Part shown: positions 29,701 to 38,261 of the stretch, in pieces
How the letters are laid out: each line of letters opens with the position of its first letter
How positions within the stretch are numbered: position 1 is the first letter of the stretch
IMG/VR virus record: IMGVR_UViG_3300032304_000672
Coordinates: 39,696-103,695 of that record
Reading direction: 5' to 3' (one strand)
Length of the DNA stretch: 64,000 nt
Origin: a virus
Notes under the pieces: model-generated
Databases searched by the model: none
What the model saw: the letters and a program-made list of their open reading frames with translations, nothing else
What the model was told of the DNA's origin: nothing
Position numbers and translations under genes: made by a program

Positions 29701-30164
29701 TTAAGGCTGAAGGGTTAGAAGTAGGAGACAAGTTCTTTGATTCTCAAGGAAGACCGTACACTATTAAAAAAGGACGATTTGGTCTTGGCAAAGATGCTGT
29801 AGCTGGAGAGAGACCACTTGGCCCTATTCCTGCACAAATGTCCGCAGGAAGATTTATGGGTGGAAGAATTGTTCCAGGAATTCCTTATACATTAAATGAT
29901 GGTGGTAAAATAGAAGGAATTACATTTGATAGTCCTGGCAACGTATCTCCAAATATCAATACTATGCCTAGCTATAATATTCCTACTGGAATTAAATATA
30001 ATGGAATCAATACATCAAGTGCTTCAACTAGCAATAACGTATATAATATAGATATTGCTCTAAATGGAACTAATGTCACAGCAGATGATGTTATAAATAG
30101 CTTCAAGAGAGAACTAGCATTGGTTAATGCTAAAGAAGGAATAAGCAGAAGGATTGGTTCATAA
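23787..30164 (+). CDS. Tape measure protein
   Basis: 2125 aa, helical; TP901-like core (INFLNAVENQT, GINASEGANALKS, EQLFGK); position after the chaperones. Confidence 0.93.
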   Translation: MADETISTRIVANADFSSLIADVHKVTASLSKLQEQLANSNKMMANQIAVMNRSFSDTLRSTGQFSTHFVSLQSDVEKFGKNLDGGKLKLNQYFNTFRDQARTSGGLIRDLAKQQVALQNSVLQPLGRNAQGLMQFNVHVPRGLDEVKNKTAIARQELQIMNKVIQDGATGLINWGKNTQWAGRQLTVGLTVPLVAFGAQAAKAFREADQELVRLTKVYGDVAGTSSAELGRIRDDVSATAKEISAAMGVSFKETIGLAADIAATGKTGDELLGSIKETTRLAVLGEVDRQEAMKATLAIQSAFKQNTDQLSESINFLNAVENQTSTTLNDLVEAIPKAGPVIQGLGGSVQDLALYLTAMREGGINASEGANALKSALASLINPTDVAVGKFQTLGIDLLGIVNNNAGNLTGTLMALQGALDNLDPLQKQQAIEQLFGKFQFSRLNALFENLGRQGSQTLQVLDLMKASTGELASVADRELAAVTESASGKYRRAIESLRASLAEVGEQFLTINTVLIQVIDKVVQFANNLPGPVKQILALAGGVTAIIGPVIMLTGVLANFFGYLLKGAFHMKAFLKGGEGWKYLTPEMLAAEKAGKLVEQTFYSDAKAAAVLQQALRNLLDEFAILEQKAKSGAMSVNPAVSTMAGNLVMGAGGRVVNPQHPLAGAMGSRASSHMVPRAGMTEAERLSQTMFGMVPGSGPVNQKIGQNPQIYMNDALPNVPGLTTVGGVSTGVVAGEAARWHAMMATLSMQSKAEIEALKKQIVATGVVSKDFMMQFDDILPVVSKLTDNAARESAVIVAELRAGKLTVESAKAKIIALNLETERMIASAVGSQATAMGRTINPTMVPTLNQPVVDAAGKSNMRELFKKGKTRDFINKIAGVLGVRTSGAGYNIETTVPRKMNSGGYVYTMNDGNIVPGPNVNADVVPAMLTPGEFVVNAKSTRQNLPLLQAINSQSGSDLPIGYMPPKVSDSVLGIFGERPRSRGSSSPGTLVGRWGMIMPETINGALAQKLNSPGAKGSDLIALLQQPDRLIDLEDFLSYNGVDPKDINIVKRKVAADMARQIQPNAYYADGGFGNIAMSSTQKVVSGLENKYPGISLKFQKDRMTPGRRDTLRRPRPGETQAQANARGGGSPTGINYKDQRPSNYGAGASRGAAFGEGQVWGHFGDQEMQRNTSMLSKSFGFARKTPNLMAIKNVLDSVLPRGKFTPGAYRGYNRRNSGGIIGMNAGGMVPAANGNKYNMGGMVRGYNMGGMVKGLLASTAIYGGGQMLGNQVGGGAGEAISMGSSILGSLIGFGSMGGGGNQEGKSPGFFGRQMAKVPAQLKTPIGPLNNLATAASRVSGNLSGIARVFGPVLKGFASLLRFTSPLGIAITGLTAGIGLFIKMQREKAKALETGRLAFGLDAAAAEKAGFKYTDYNSKIKAAIEDAKALKERNMMVYESMTKANVPLNMTIEQYKKLKEQVKSTMGSYIDLFSQTDRKDVGQVAIQLKAQFMAAGDSAEVATAKIFTMIKQSENANMAAQAISNNAFQSIQNMEQASAQTVKTFEAAMKTGDAESQARALHSTFMAMDATLEETISKQKELGAAGKANAEEVGNAIEQKLDKINESFGKQANLSKDVIKEIGKTDPLLSQMLNNTDTLSSAWAKYRLIVQGLALDFESMSGEAATAALSLNEIVKAQVQLNPAVAAANKSYKGMTDRIKELEKAQKGQSVKAQYNAKEESARLQKQIADIKKAAQDKIEGIRKATEAENTQLEIQKAQLRAQQALIQGNMSSYAEEQMSIEQLMNEANRKAAEEAIIAKAEIDVKPLQDALDNMAKNQEAMAKKSALAGESLSSLRSKADNFNTSLQEYTTNLNTTMFKYLTDINFKDSKEYQAALTALDELGKKLGIKTPSKDVVSELTNALKNGINAQNVTIYTDKINEGKLRDYTGDQAKMADAIKSGGGDTTKPAYNVNTQILTEDAQKAIIKAEGLEVGDKFFDSQGRPYTIKKGRFGLGKDAVAGERPLGPIPAQMSAGRFMGGRIVPGIPYTLNDGGKIEGITFDSPGNVSPNINTMPSYNIPTGIKYNGINTSSASTSNNVYNIDIALNGTNVTADDVINSFKRELALVNAKEGISRRIGS
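27513..27560 (+). repeat. 21-bp direct repeat with 27-bp period (YNMGGMV x2) in tape measure
   Basis: tacaacatgggcggaatggtt at 27513 and 27540. Confidence 0.9.
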
Positions 30165-30166
30165 TT

Positions 30167-30670
30167 ATGCCTACATATTTACCTAGAGGTTCCGTTTTAA
30201 GCATAGAGGCAAAGGACCTACTTGCTACTCCAGAAGGAACTACAAAAATTTGGAATAAGATTACTGAGCATAACAGGTCAGACATTAGCCTATCCGTAGA
30301 AAGAATTGAAAAGACCGTAAGAACTTCTAACGGCACCCTTAGAAAAAATCATATTGCTGATAAGAGAAGATTCTCCATGTCTTGGACCATGCTTCCATCT
30401 TATCGCACACTAACAGTTGACTCTGGGTGGGGAGCAGAAGATTTAAGATCATTCTATCTAAGCGACGACGGTAAGAAAGAATTTAATATAAGAATTAACT
30501 TAGCAAAGGACGGAACAGATAGATCTTCTACTGGCGCCGCATATACGCCAACTATGGCAAAAACATCATCAGAATTATACACGGTGGTATTTGGAGGCTG
30601 TAATTTTTCAGTTGTAAAACGTGGTCTACAGCCACACTGGAATGTTTCTATTGAACTGGAAGAGGTATAA
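30167..30670 (+). CDS. Distal tail (Dit-like) protein
   Basis: Directly after the tape measure; RT.NGTLR....ADKR.F..SW. Confidence 0.65.
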   Translation: MPTYLPRGSVLSIEAKDLLATPEGTTKIWNKITEHNRSDISLSVERIEKTVRTSNGTLRKNHIADKRRFSMSWTMLPSYRTLTVDSGWGAEDLRSFYLSDDGKKEFNIRINLAKDGTDRSSTGAAYTPTMAKTSSELYTVVFGGCNFSVVKRGLQPHWNVSIELEEV

Positions 30671-33600
30671 TGATTTCGTCTCCCACAGTTAAAACTTTAC
30701 TAGAAGAAAATACTACAATTCAAACCAATATTGGTTGCACCATTGAATATAATATGAATTCGATGGTTGATAACATTACTGTTGTTGGTTCTGATTATGT
30801 TAGGGCAGATGGGGCTAAGCCATATCAAAAACTTTTCCCCGCATCTTCTGTTGTTAAATCTTTTAGACCAGTTGGTGCTGGCATAAAGTATGGAATCTTT
30901 GGAGACGTATCCCTTGGAACATGGAAAGATCCTAAGAAGGTTGAATATCCTTTAAATTTTAGAACCTATTATCCTGGAATAGATACTTATTATAAGTACT
31001 GGGTTTCTCAAAAAGGCTCTGGTGCAGACATAACCATAACCTATCCTCAAGCAGTTTTAACTAATAAGATAGTTATCAGATTTGAAATATCTCATTCCAT
31101 CCCAGCCACTTGGACAGTTTCTAAAGAAGGAAGCGCAGTCTTGGCAACTGGAACAAGTTCAGCAATTAAACCATTTATAACTAGCGGATCAAAGAACTTT
31201 GACGCTGGAACACTTACACTATACTATAATGGAACATCATGGGTTACTACAGAGCCTGCTACATTGGCTACTCCAGTATCTATAACCTCTTTAAAGTTGG
31301 TGACGGCTGGAGTTACTAATGCCCACGTTGGAGTTATTGAAGTTTCTCCTAGATGGGTAGCTGATATAACAGATCATATTGTTGCATTTTCTATAGATCA
31401 AGAATCTTCTACAAGCCCTGATGATATTCTTCCAGTTGGAAAAGTTTCTGCAAACTCTATTTCTATGGACTTAGTTTCATATGAGTCAACTAGAAAAATT
31501 ATTACATACGAAAAGGGAACAGCATTTAGTTCTTCTAGCTTGTATATGTACAAGTCCGCAGAATTAAAGCCATACATAAAGGTGTATTATTCAGGAGCAC
31601 CGTATACTGATTCAAAAGGTACTTATGAAAAGATAAAGCAAGGAACATACTATGTTGATAACTGGAGCACCTCAGAGTTTGGAGATATTTCTTTAGACGC
31701 ACTGGATGGCGCAAAGTTTCTTCAAGATATATCTTGCCCTGGAATGGTTTCTAAAGACTCTACTGCAGTAGGAATTATTAGAAGACTTTTAGATAACGTT
31801 GGATTTACAAACTATAATATAAACTACAAAACAGATTCTACTGGAAAGATAACAGACACATCTATCCTAAGCCCGTTCTATTGGTGGACAGACGACGGAG
31901 AAACTGTATGGAACGCTATTCAAGAATTGTGTAGAGATTCTCAAATGATAGCAACGTTTGACGAAAACAATGTTCTGCAGTTTTACACAAGAGATTACTT
32001 GTTTTCTAGAACAGATGCCCATTGGAATTTTAAATACTCAAAAGACGGAAACATACTACCAAATATTATTTCTTTTGAAAAAAGAGATTTACCAGCAGTT
32101 AATCAGGTAAAGGTTCTATGGAGCCCCGTAACATCTAGTCAGCTCATAGGAGATGGACAACCTTTATGGAAGTCTGGAACAGCCTATCTAGGTGCATACT
32201 CTTTAGCATCAGATATTCCTGCTAGTACAATTGGGGGAGGATCTGGAACCGAGATGATCCTAATCCCAATAACAGTAAATCAAGACATTAAACAAATCAT
32301 ATATAACTTTACTGGATATGTGGTTATAGATTCTGAAATCATAGAGTATGATGCAATTGAATATCAATATATAAATACCTCACTGGGAAGAACAAAGCTT
32401 TGGGTAACCCAAGTATCTGATTTGCAAAAAATAGCTAATGATATTACTACTACACTTCCAGCAAATCAAGCAATTGGACAAACTGGAAAAGTTAGAATAA
32501 AATCCAGAGGGGCATTTGGAACAAGTGCTGTTGCTCATGCAAAAACTGGTTCTGTTACTGGATGGAATGGATTTGATAATACCTTTAGAACTAATTCTGA
32601 AAACTTACAGGGAACTAGCACATCTTCAAGTATTTCTCATGAACCTGCAGCACTACCAGATATAAGTTTAACACCACCAGAGGCAGAAGAAACAAAAGTT
32701 ACTCCACCTAAATTAATTCAAAAGTCTTTATTTCAAATAACATCCAGCGGATCTTCTGATAAACAAAATAAGTATTCTGTTTCTGTAAAAGATATGGAAA
32801 TAGCAGATACTGGAGATTGCTATAATTTTGGCACAGGCTTATTCTTTAAAGGCACTAAAACTGATACAAAAGGCTCTGGAGGCATAGGGTTCTTTACAAA
32901 CTCAAATGGTCTTGATGGATACTATGTTAAATTAGAAACAACAAGCAATTTGCCAGAAAGCGGATCAGATAGACCTCTATCTATTTTTAAAGTAAAGAAT
33001 GGCGTAATCACTCCGCTGCAAGATAGTCAAGAAAAGGGAAGCAATAAATCACTAGCTTATTTATCTCAAGGAGTTTCTTATAAGGTTGATATTCGTGTAA
33101 AGATTCAAAGCTCAGTTGTTGCAATAGATGTTTTTATTAATAATTTTAGAGTAACAGCAGTTGATTCATCTGATATAATTTCTCCGACAAGCAATGTGGC
33201 TTTATTTTCAAATGCTAATTCGACATTCTTTGATTATGTTTATTCAATTCCTCTTAATGAAACTCAATATAAAGATGGGGTAATTGGAAATCAATATTCT
33301 GGAAGATTTGGATCAACGACTTTAGACTTTTTATATGGAGATAAACTTTCAAGCGGCTTTGATAATAGCGGTATATCTGGCGGGGCTATAGATGAATTTG
33401 GAACTGTAGCCAGAGAGCTTTTAAAGGTAAACATTAAATATGATTCTAGACCAGCTTTTCCAATTATTACTAGCCTAGGGCTAAACCAATTTGTAGAGCT
33501 ACTTGGCTATAGACTGAACTCGTTTGGAGCAGAGGTTTATGTTTTAAATAACGCTGGAACATTTATACCGCTGGACGACTCTAAATTTGCCTCATTTAGT

Positions 33601-33948
33601 ATAATTGGAAATACCCTAGTACAGTCTGGTCAAAATGAGTACTTAGATAAAACAATAAATGAGTTCACGGTTCCAGAGCAGGCGACTTTCGAGTCAGTTT
33701 GGATTCAAAAAGAATCGGATGCTAAAAGTCTTTCTGACTGGATTAAGGGCCAGTGGTCTAAAAAGCAGTCGGTCTGTGAACTAGAAGTTTTCTCTAACCC
33801 CTTGATTTCCGTAGGAGATATTGTTACAATTAACTATCCAGCCAATGGACTAAATGGCACACAAAAGTTTATAGTATTAAGCATTAACAATTCATTTGAT
33901 GGGGGGCTAAGTACCAAAATAACAACTAGATCTATTTATAGTTCATAA
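30670..33948 (+). CDS. Baseplate hub / minor tail protein
   Basis: 1092 aa; TVW.AIQEL..D.Q..A.FDE.N.LQF; C-terminal NPLI.VGDIV.I hub signature. Confidence 0.7.
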   Translation: MISSPTVKTLLEENTTIQTNIGCTIEYNMNSMVDNITVVGSDYVRADGAKPYQKLFPASSVVKSFRPVGAGIKYGIFGDVSLGTWKDPKKVEYPLNFRTYYPGIDTYYKYWVSQKGSGADITITYPQAVLTNKIVIRFEISHSIPATWTVSKEGSAVLATGTSSAIKPFITSGSKNFDAGTLTLYYNGTSWVTTEPATLATPVSITSLKLVTAGVTNAHVGVIEVSPRWVADITDHIVAFSIDQESSTSPDDILPVGKVSANSISMDLVSYESTRKIITYEKGTAFSSSSLYMYKSAELKPYIKVYYSGAPYTDSKGTYEKIKQGTYYVDNWSTSEFGDISLDALDGAKFLQDISCPGMVSKDSTAVGIIRRLLDNVGFTNYNINYKTDSTGKITDTSILSPFYWWTDDGETVWNAIQELCRDSQMIATFDENNVLQFYTRDYLFSRTDAHWNFKYSKDGNILPNIISFEKRDLPAVNQVKVLWSPVTSSQLIGDGQPLWKSGTAYLGAYSLASDIPASTIGGGSGTEMILIPITVNQDIKQIIYNFTGYVVIDSEIIEYDAIEYQYINTSLGRTKLWVTQVSDLQKIANDITTTLPANQAIGQTGKVRIKSRGAFGTSAVAHAKTGSVTGWNGFDNTFRTNSENLQGTSTSSSISHEPAALPDISLTPPEAEETKVTPPKLIQKSLFQITSSGSSDKQNKYSVSVKDMEIADTGDCYNFGTGLFFKGTKTDTKGSGGIGFFTNSNGLDGYYVKLETTSNLPESGSDRPLSIFKVKNGVITPLQDSQEKGSNKSLAYLSQGVSYKVDIRVKIQSSVVAIDVFINNFRVTAVDSSDIISPTSNVALFSNANSTFFDYVYSIPLNETQYKDGVIGNQYSGRFGSTTLDFLYGDKLSSGFDNSGISGGAIDEFGTVARELLKVNIKYDSRPAFPIITSLGLNQFVELLGYRLNSFGAEVYVLNNAGTFIPLDDSKFASFSIIGNTLVQSGQNEYLDKTINEFTVPEQATFESVWIQKESDAKSLSDWIKGQWSKKQSVCELEVFSNPLISVGDIVTINYPANGLNGTQKFIVLSINNSFDGGLSTKITTRSIYSS

Positions 33949-33964
33949 ATGGTATAATAAAAAA

Positions 33965-34375
33965 ATGGTGTCCTCAAATAAGAAAAAGCCTTCCGTAAGC
34001 AGTCAGCCAAACACGGCTGCTCTAGTTACTGTTGAAGGATCCGAGCTTGATTTTTATACAAATAAAAATTATCTAGCTTATGAGTTAGCTCAATATGCAG
34101 CGGCACAAAGACAGGGCAAGCTGGGTAGCGACAAAATAGATGATGACATTCCAGGTGAGGAAGAAGAGGAAGAGGAGTCTGAAGAGGGCGAAGAAGGCTC
34201 AGAGGGCTCAGAAGGAGAAGGAAAAGGAAGACCAAGCCTTTCCGATATTGAAATAATTTCAAACGAAGTTGTCCTAGGTGCAGGAGATATCCCTAGTGCA
34301 AAAATAGTATTTAAGGTTAAAAACAGTAGTGGGGTAGAATTGAAAGCAGTAAATGTAAGAGTGGAGAAAAAATGA
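33965..34375 (+). CDS. Hypothetical tail-region protein with acidic tract
   Basis: EEEEEEESEEGEEGSEGSEGEG; TGGTATAAT 6 nt before ATG. Confidence 0.6.
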   Translation: MVSSNKKKPSVSSQPNTAALVTVEGSELDFYTNKNYLAYELAQYAAAQRQGKLGSDKIDDDIPGEEEEEEESEEGEEGSEGSEGEGKGRPSLSDIEIISNEVVLGAGDIPSAKIVFKVKNSSGVELKAVNVRVEKK

Positions 34376-35298
34376 TAACTAAATTTGGAAAAAGGTTTCT
34401 GACAAGTTACCTGTCTGGCAACAACGCATTTGCTTCAAAGGAGTTGGCTCTGGGGATTGGATCAACTACCCCTAACGCAAAAGGCAATGATACAAAATTA
34501 AACTTTGAGTTTTATCGTCTGCCAGTAGAGTTATCAAGTTTTAATATTTTAGAAGCAGGCGTAGATGGAGACGGAGATCCCATATACAACTACTTTGTAA
34601 CTTATAAGTCGACAATTCCACAAGATGTATCTGGAGTAGTTTCTGAGGTTGGCCTTTATCCTGGAGATAGACAGTCATTCAATAACTTTGACAGCAAATT
34701 TATTACATCTTTTACAAATGAGTTTAACTGGTTTAACGGAACCGATAACCCTACTTCACAGGGAAATACACAAGATGCTAATGGAGCATATACATTTTTA
34801 TCAAAGGTTAGCGATAGCATGATAAAGGTTGATGTTACTTCAGGACAAACAAAGGAATATATAAACTCTCTTATCTCTGACGATATATCTGGGTACAGCA
34901 TAAATGACACTATTTCTATTGCATATAAAAAGGCAGACAACAACGTGTCTAAGATTAGAGTAAAATTCTATAGCTCTGATTTAGCATATTACTATGTAGA
35001 CTTTACTCCAGAATCTGGAACTGGAGACAAGATACAGACTCTTACTCTAAACAATCTTTTTTCAAACTACACAGCAGCACCTAATCTGCCAGACCCATCT
35101 TCAATTATTAAGATCGGAGTAGCAACAACTGCATCTGGCGGAAATACAACAGTATACTTTGATGCAATAAGAATAAATGACGAGGACACATTTGATCCAG
35201 GATATGGATTAATTAGCAGATCTGTTTTGTCAACACCACTAATTAAGAAACCTGGTAGACCAGTAGATATTGAATATAAGCTGCAGTTGGATTTCTAA
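34372..35298 (+). CDS. Minor tail/baseplate protein
   Basis: MITKFGKRFL..YL, D..L.FEFYR.PV, EVGLY, L.K..G..VDIEY.L pattern of fibre-attachment proteins. Confidence 0.6.
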   Translation: MITKFGKRFLTSYLSGNNAFASKELALGIGSTTPNAKGNDTKLNFEFYRLPVELSSFNILEAGVDGDGDPIYNYFVTYKSTIPQDVSGVVSEVGLYPGDRQSFNNFDSKFITSFTNEFNWFNGTDNPTSQGNTQDANGAYTFLSKVSDSMIKVDVTSGQTKEYINSLISDDISGYSINDTISIAYKKADNNVSKIRVKFYSSDLAYYYVDFTPESGTGDKIQTLTLNNLFSNYTAAPNLPDPSSIIKIGVATTASGGNTTVYFDAIRINDEDTFDPGYGLISRSVLSTPLIKKPGRPVDIEYKLQLDF

Positions 35299-38259
35299 AT
35301 GAGCAAAGACGCAGAATACGATGCAAAGAATTTTCCAGCTGACTTAAATAAAAATAATAAGGTCAAAACTGGTCAAGACTACTTTACAATACCTGTTGTA
35401 GATTTAAACATAGGCCAGACGTATTCTTTTAATTTCCAGTGGGTATACCCAAATGGAAAAGTAAGTCCGTGGTCAGACGGATATTCAGTAACAACAGCTT
35501 CTTATGTTTCTAAGCTAACAAAGCCAACAGTTACAGTAACGCCAGCTTCGTTAGGGTATACTGTTTCTTATACCAAGCAAACTGATAAAAATTTTGAGCA
35601 TGCAATTATTGAAGAAGCAGTCTCTACATCAAGCACAGCACCGACAACTGGATGGACAGAGGTTGCAGTTACTTCTACCAACCCAATAACAATAACTGTT
35701 GGAGATGTGTTAAAGAGATGGGTTCGTGTAAAGCTTATAGACAAGATTTTAGGCAATACGCCTTACTCTGATCCAGTTTCAGTAACTCCAATAGATCCAG
35801 TTGCAGCATCGCTAGACTCTACTCCACCCGCATCAGCAAGCAGCGTTGTGGCAGTATGGTCTGGTAACAATATATTAATTACAGCAACAGTTGCTGCTGA
35901 CTCAAAAAAGTTTATTATAAAACTTACAAATGGAGTTAATGATGGCTTCTTTACTAAATTCCCATCAACATCTGGAACCTCACAATCAATATTAATTACG
36001 CAGTCAGAGTTATTTAATACATTTGGCGAGTACTATACTTCATTTACAGGATTGTTTGTCTCAGCAGATTCATTTGATAATCGTGATTCTGGAACAGCAT
36101 TTACTGTGGCTACAAAAACAAATCCATTATTAAGTGTAGTTCCCTCGTTTACTTTGACTGCAATTACAAACGGGTACACTGCTACTTGGACATTGCCAAC
36201 TGGTGCTTCTTATGCAAAGGTGTATGAGTCTGGCACAACCTGGGGATCAGGAGACCCATCAGAATCTGATTTAGTTTTTAGCGGTGCAAGCCCAGCAATT
36301 ATAAAAAAGACAGTTTACACTCAGAGATTTGTTAAGATAAGATTTTTAACTGACGACGGGTTCACCTCATCTTGGTCAGCAGAACAGTCAGTTACACCTA
36401 TTGATGCAATTGCTGCTGACGTAGTGGCTCCAAATGCTCCATCAACAATATCAGCAACAGCAGGAACAGATAGCACTGGAACAATTGGTTTTAATGGAGT
36501 AGTAAATATTTCATGGGCCTCTGTATCAGATACAACTCTTCGTGGCTATAGAATTAGATTTAGGCCTTATAAGGCTTCCGCCCCTTTTGAAAACTACTCA
36601 TATGTAAATTCTCCAGGCACTGGAACAACGTACAGACTTGGAGGCTTAGCTCTAGGGACTACTTACGAAGTAGGTATCGCTTCTTATGACGAGTTTAATA
36701 ATACTTCATCTGCGTACACTGCTCTATCACCAAACATTGCGGTAAGCGGAACACCATTTGTAGGCACAAATGTTTCAACTACTGGATATTTTGAAGCAGG
36801 AGTAAGCGGAACCGATACTGGAACATTTAAGTTTGGATATGGAGTATCTTCTGGCAAAAGAGGTGTTGTACTTAATGCTAATAACTATTGGTATATTGAT
36901 TCATCTGAAGCTGCATCATTTAAAATTGGTGGTTCTACAAATAATTATGTTTCGTGGAACGGCACTAAGTTATCTGTAGACGGAGATCTTGGAGTTGCAG
37001 GTGGAACTACAATTGGTGGAAATATTGCTATGGGTGCATCAGGAGCATCTATTTACCAAGGCACACTCTCTTCTGGAAATTTAGACAGCGACGGATTTTT
37101 ATTAAATAGTAGCGGGCTTGTAATTAAAAAGGGTTCAGTTCAATTAAGACTTGATACATCAGATGGTGGCATATATGCTCAATACGGACAAATTGCTGGT
37201 TGGACAATTGATTCATCTAAGTTTGAAAGAGGCTCATTTACTGTTGGCGGAACTGCTGGAACTGGAACATACACTGGTATAAGTTCTTCTGGCACATATG
37301 CAATATGGGCTGGATCAGATGTTTCTGCTGGAAACTCATCAGCTAATTTTTCAGTAACTCCAGCTGGTGCTGTTATAGCAAAGAATATAACAATTACTGG
37401 TGGATCTTTGACAGTAGGAGCATCCTCAATTGCAGCATCTACTGGAAAGCTTATATCAACAGATGCAGAAATTACTGGAAAGATTACAGCAAGTACTGGA
37501 AAAATTGGCAATGTAAATATTGATAGTGGTGGGCTATATATATCAGATGCAGCTACTCCATCAACAACCGAAGGCAATAGAGTTATATTTAGCGGTGGAG
37601 GAATTGCTGCATATGCTAATGGAAGCTCTACCCCAAAATTTCAATTAGCTTCGAATGGTACTGCAAAAATTGGTGGCTGGACAATCAATGACACATCACT
37701 GTCTTCTAGCGGAATGACATTTGACTCTTCAGATCAAACAATTACATTTAAGCAAGGGTATGAAATAGATCAAGACACATTTTCAATACCTACAATTACA
37801 ACTACAACTGGCGCAGCAAGTACAGATGACGAAGATGACACTCCAAATTCTGTTTACGCCAGCGCATCAGCTGCTTCTGCATCAACAACATCATCAACTA
37901 TTTCTATAAAAGCAACCGCTGGAGTTACATCTGGAGGGGCTTTATATTTAAGCCAAACCCCAATTGCAGCAGTTTTAAGAGCTGGGTCTTCTTATATTTC
38001 AGCAACAAGCACTGGAATAGTTTTAAATGCCGCAACTGCTGGAGCATATGTTTTTAAAAACTTAGTTGCATCAGATCGACGACACCTTAATTATTACGGA
38101 AATGAATCAGCCGCAATGCTTATGATGAAAAGCGACGGTACAGTGTCTGTTGGCAGAACTATATTTAAATCTGGAAGCTCAGAAACTGCTATAACCAGTG
38201 GCGGCAACTTTAATAGCGTGGGCTTAATTGGCGACATAATCTTAAGTACAAGGGATTAA
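35299..38259 (+). CDS. Tail tip/fibre protein with FN3 domains
   Basis: DVVAPNAP...ISW......LRGYRIR....GTTY.LGGL..GTTYEV.IASYD (FN3); IGGWTI repeats. Confidence 0.75.
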   Translation: MSKDAEYDAKNFPADLNKNNKVKTGQDYFTIPVVDLNIGQTYSFNFQWVYPNGKVSPWSDGYSVTTASYVSKLTKPTVTVTPASLGYTVSYTKQTDKNFEHAIIEEAVSTSSTAPTTGWTEVAVTSTNPITITVGDVLKRWVRVKLIDKILGNTPYSDPVSVTPIDPVAASLDSTPPASASSVVAVWSGNNILITATVAADSKKFIIKLTNGVNDGFFTKFPSTSGTSQSILITQSELFNTFGEYYTSFTGLFVSADSFDNRDSGTAFTVATKTNPLLSVVPSFTLTAITNGYTATWTLPTGASYAKVYESGTTWGSGDPSESDLVFSGASPAIIKKTVYTQRFVKIRFLTDDGFTSSWSAEQSVTPIDAIAADVVAPNAPSTISATAGTDSTGTIGFNGVVNISWASVSDTTLRGYRIRFRPYKASAPFENYSYVNSPGTGTTYRLGGLALGTTYEVGIASYDEFNNTSSAYTALSPNIAVSGTPFVGTNVSTTGYFEAGVSGTDTGTFKFGYGVSSGKRGVVLNANNYWYIDSSEAASFKIGGSTNNYVSWNGTKLSVDGDLGVAGGTTIGGNIAMGASGASIYQGTLSSGNLDSDGFLLNSSGLVIKKGSVQLRLDTSDGGIYAQYGQIAGWTIDSSKFERGSFTVGGTAGTGTYTGISSSGTYAIWAGSDVSAGNSSANFSVTPAGAVIAKNITITGGSLTVGASSIAASTGKLISTDAEITGKITASTGKIGNVNIDSGGLYISDAATPSTTEGNRVIFSGGGIAAYANGSSTPKFQLASNGTAKIGGWTINDTSLSSSGMTFDSSDQTITFKQGYEIDQDTFSIPTITTTTGAASTDDEDDTPNSVYASASAASASTTSSTISIKATAGVTSGGALYLSQTPIAAVLRAGSSYISATSTGIVLNAATAGAYVFKNLVASDRRHLNYYGNESAAMLMMKSDGTVSVGRTIFKSGSSETAITSGGNFNSVGLIGDIILSTRD

Positions 38260-38261
38260 AG

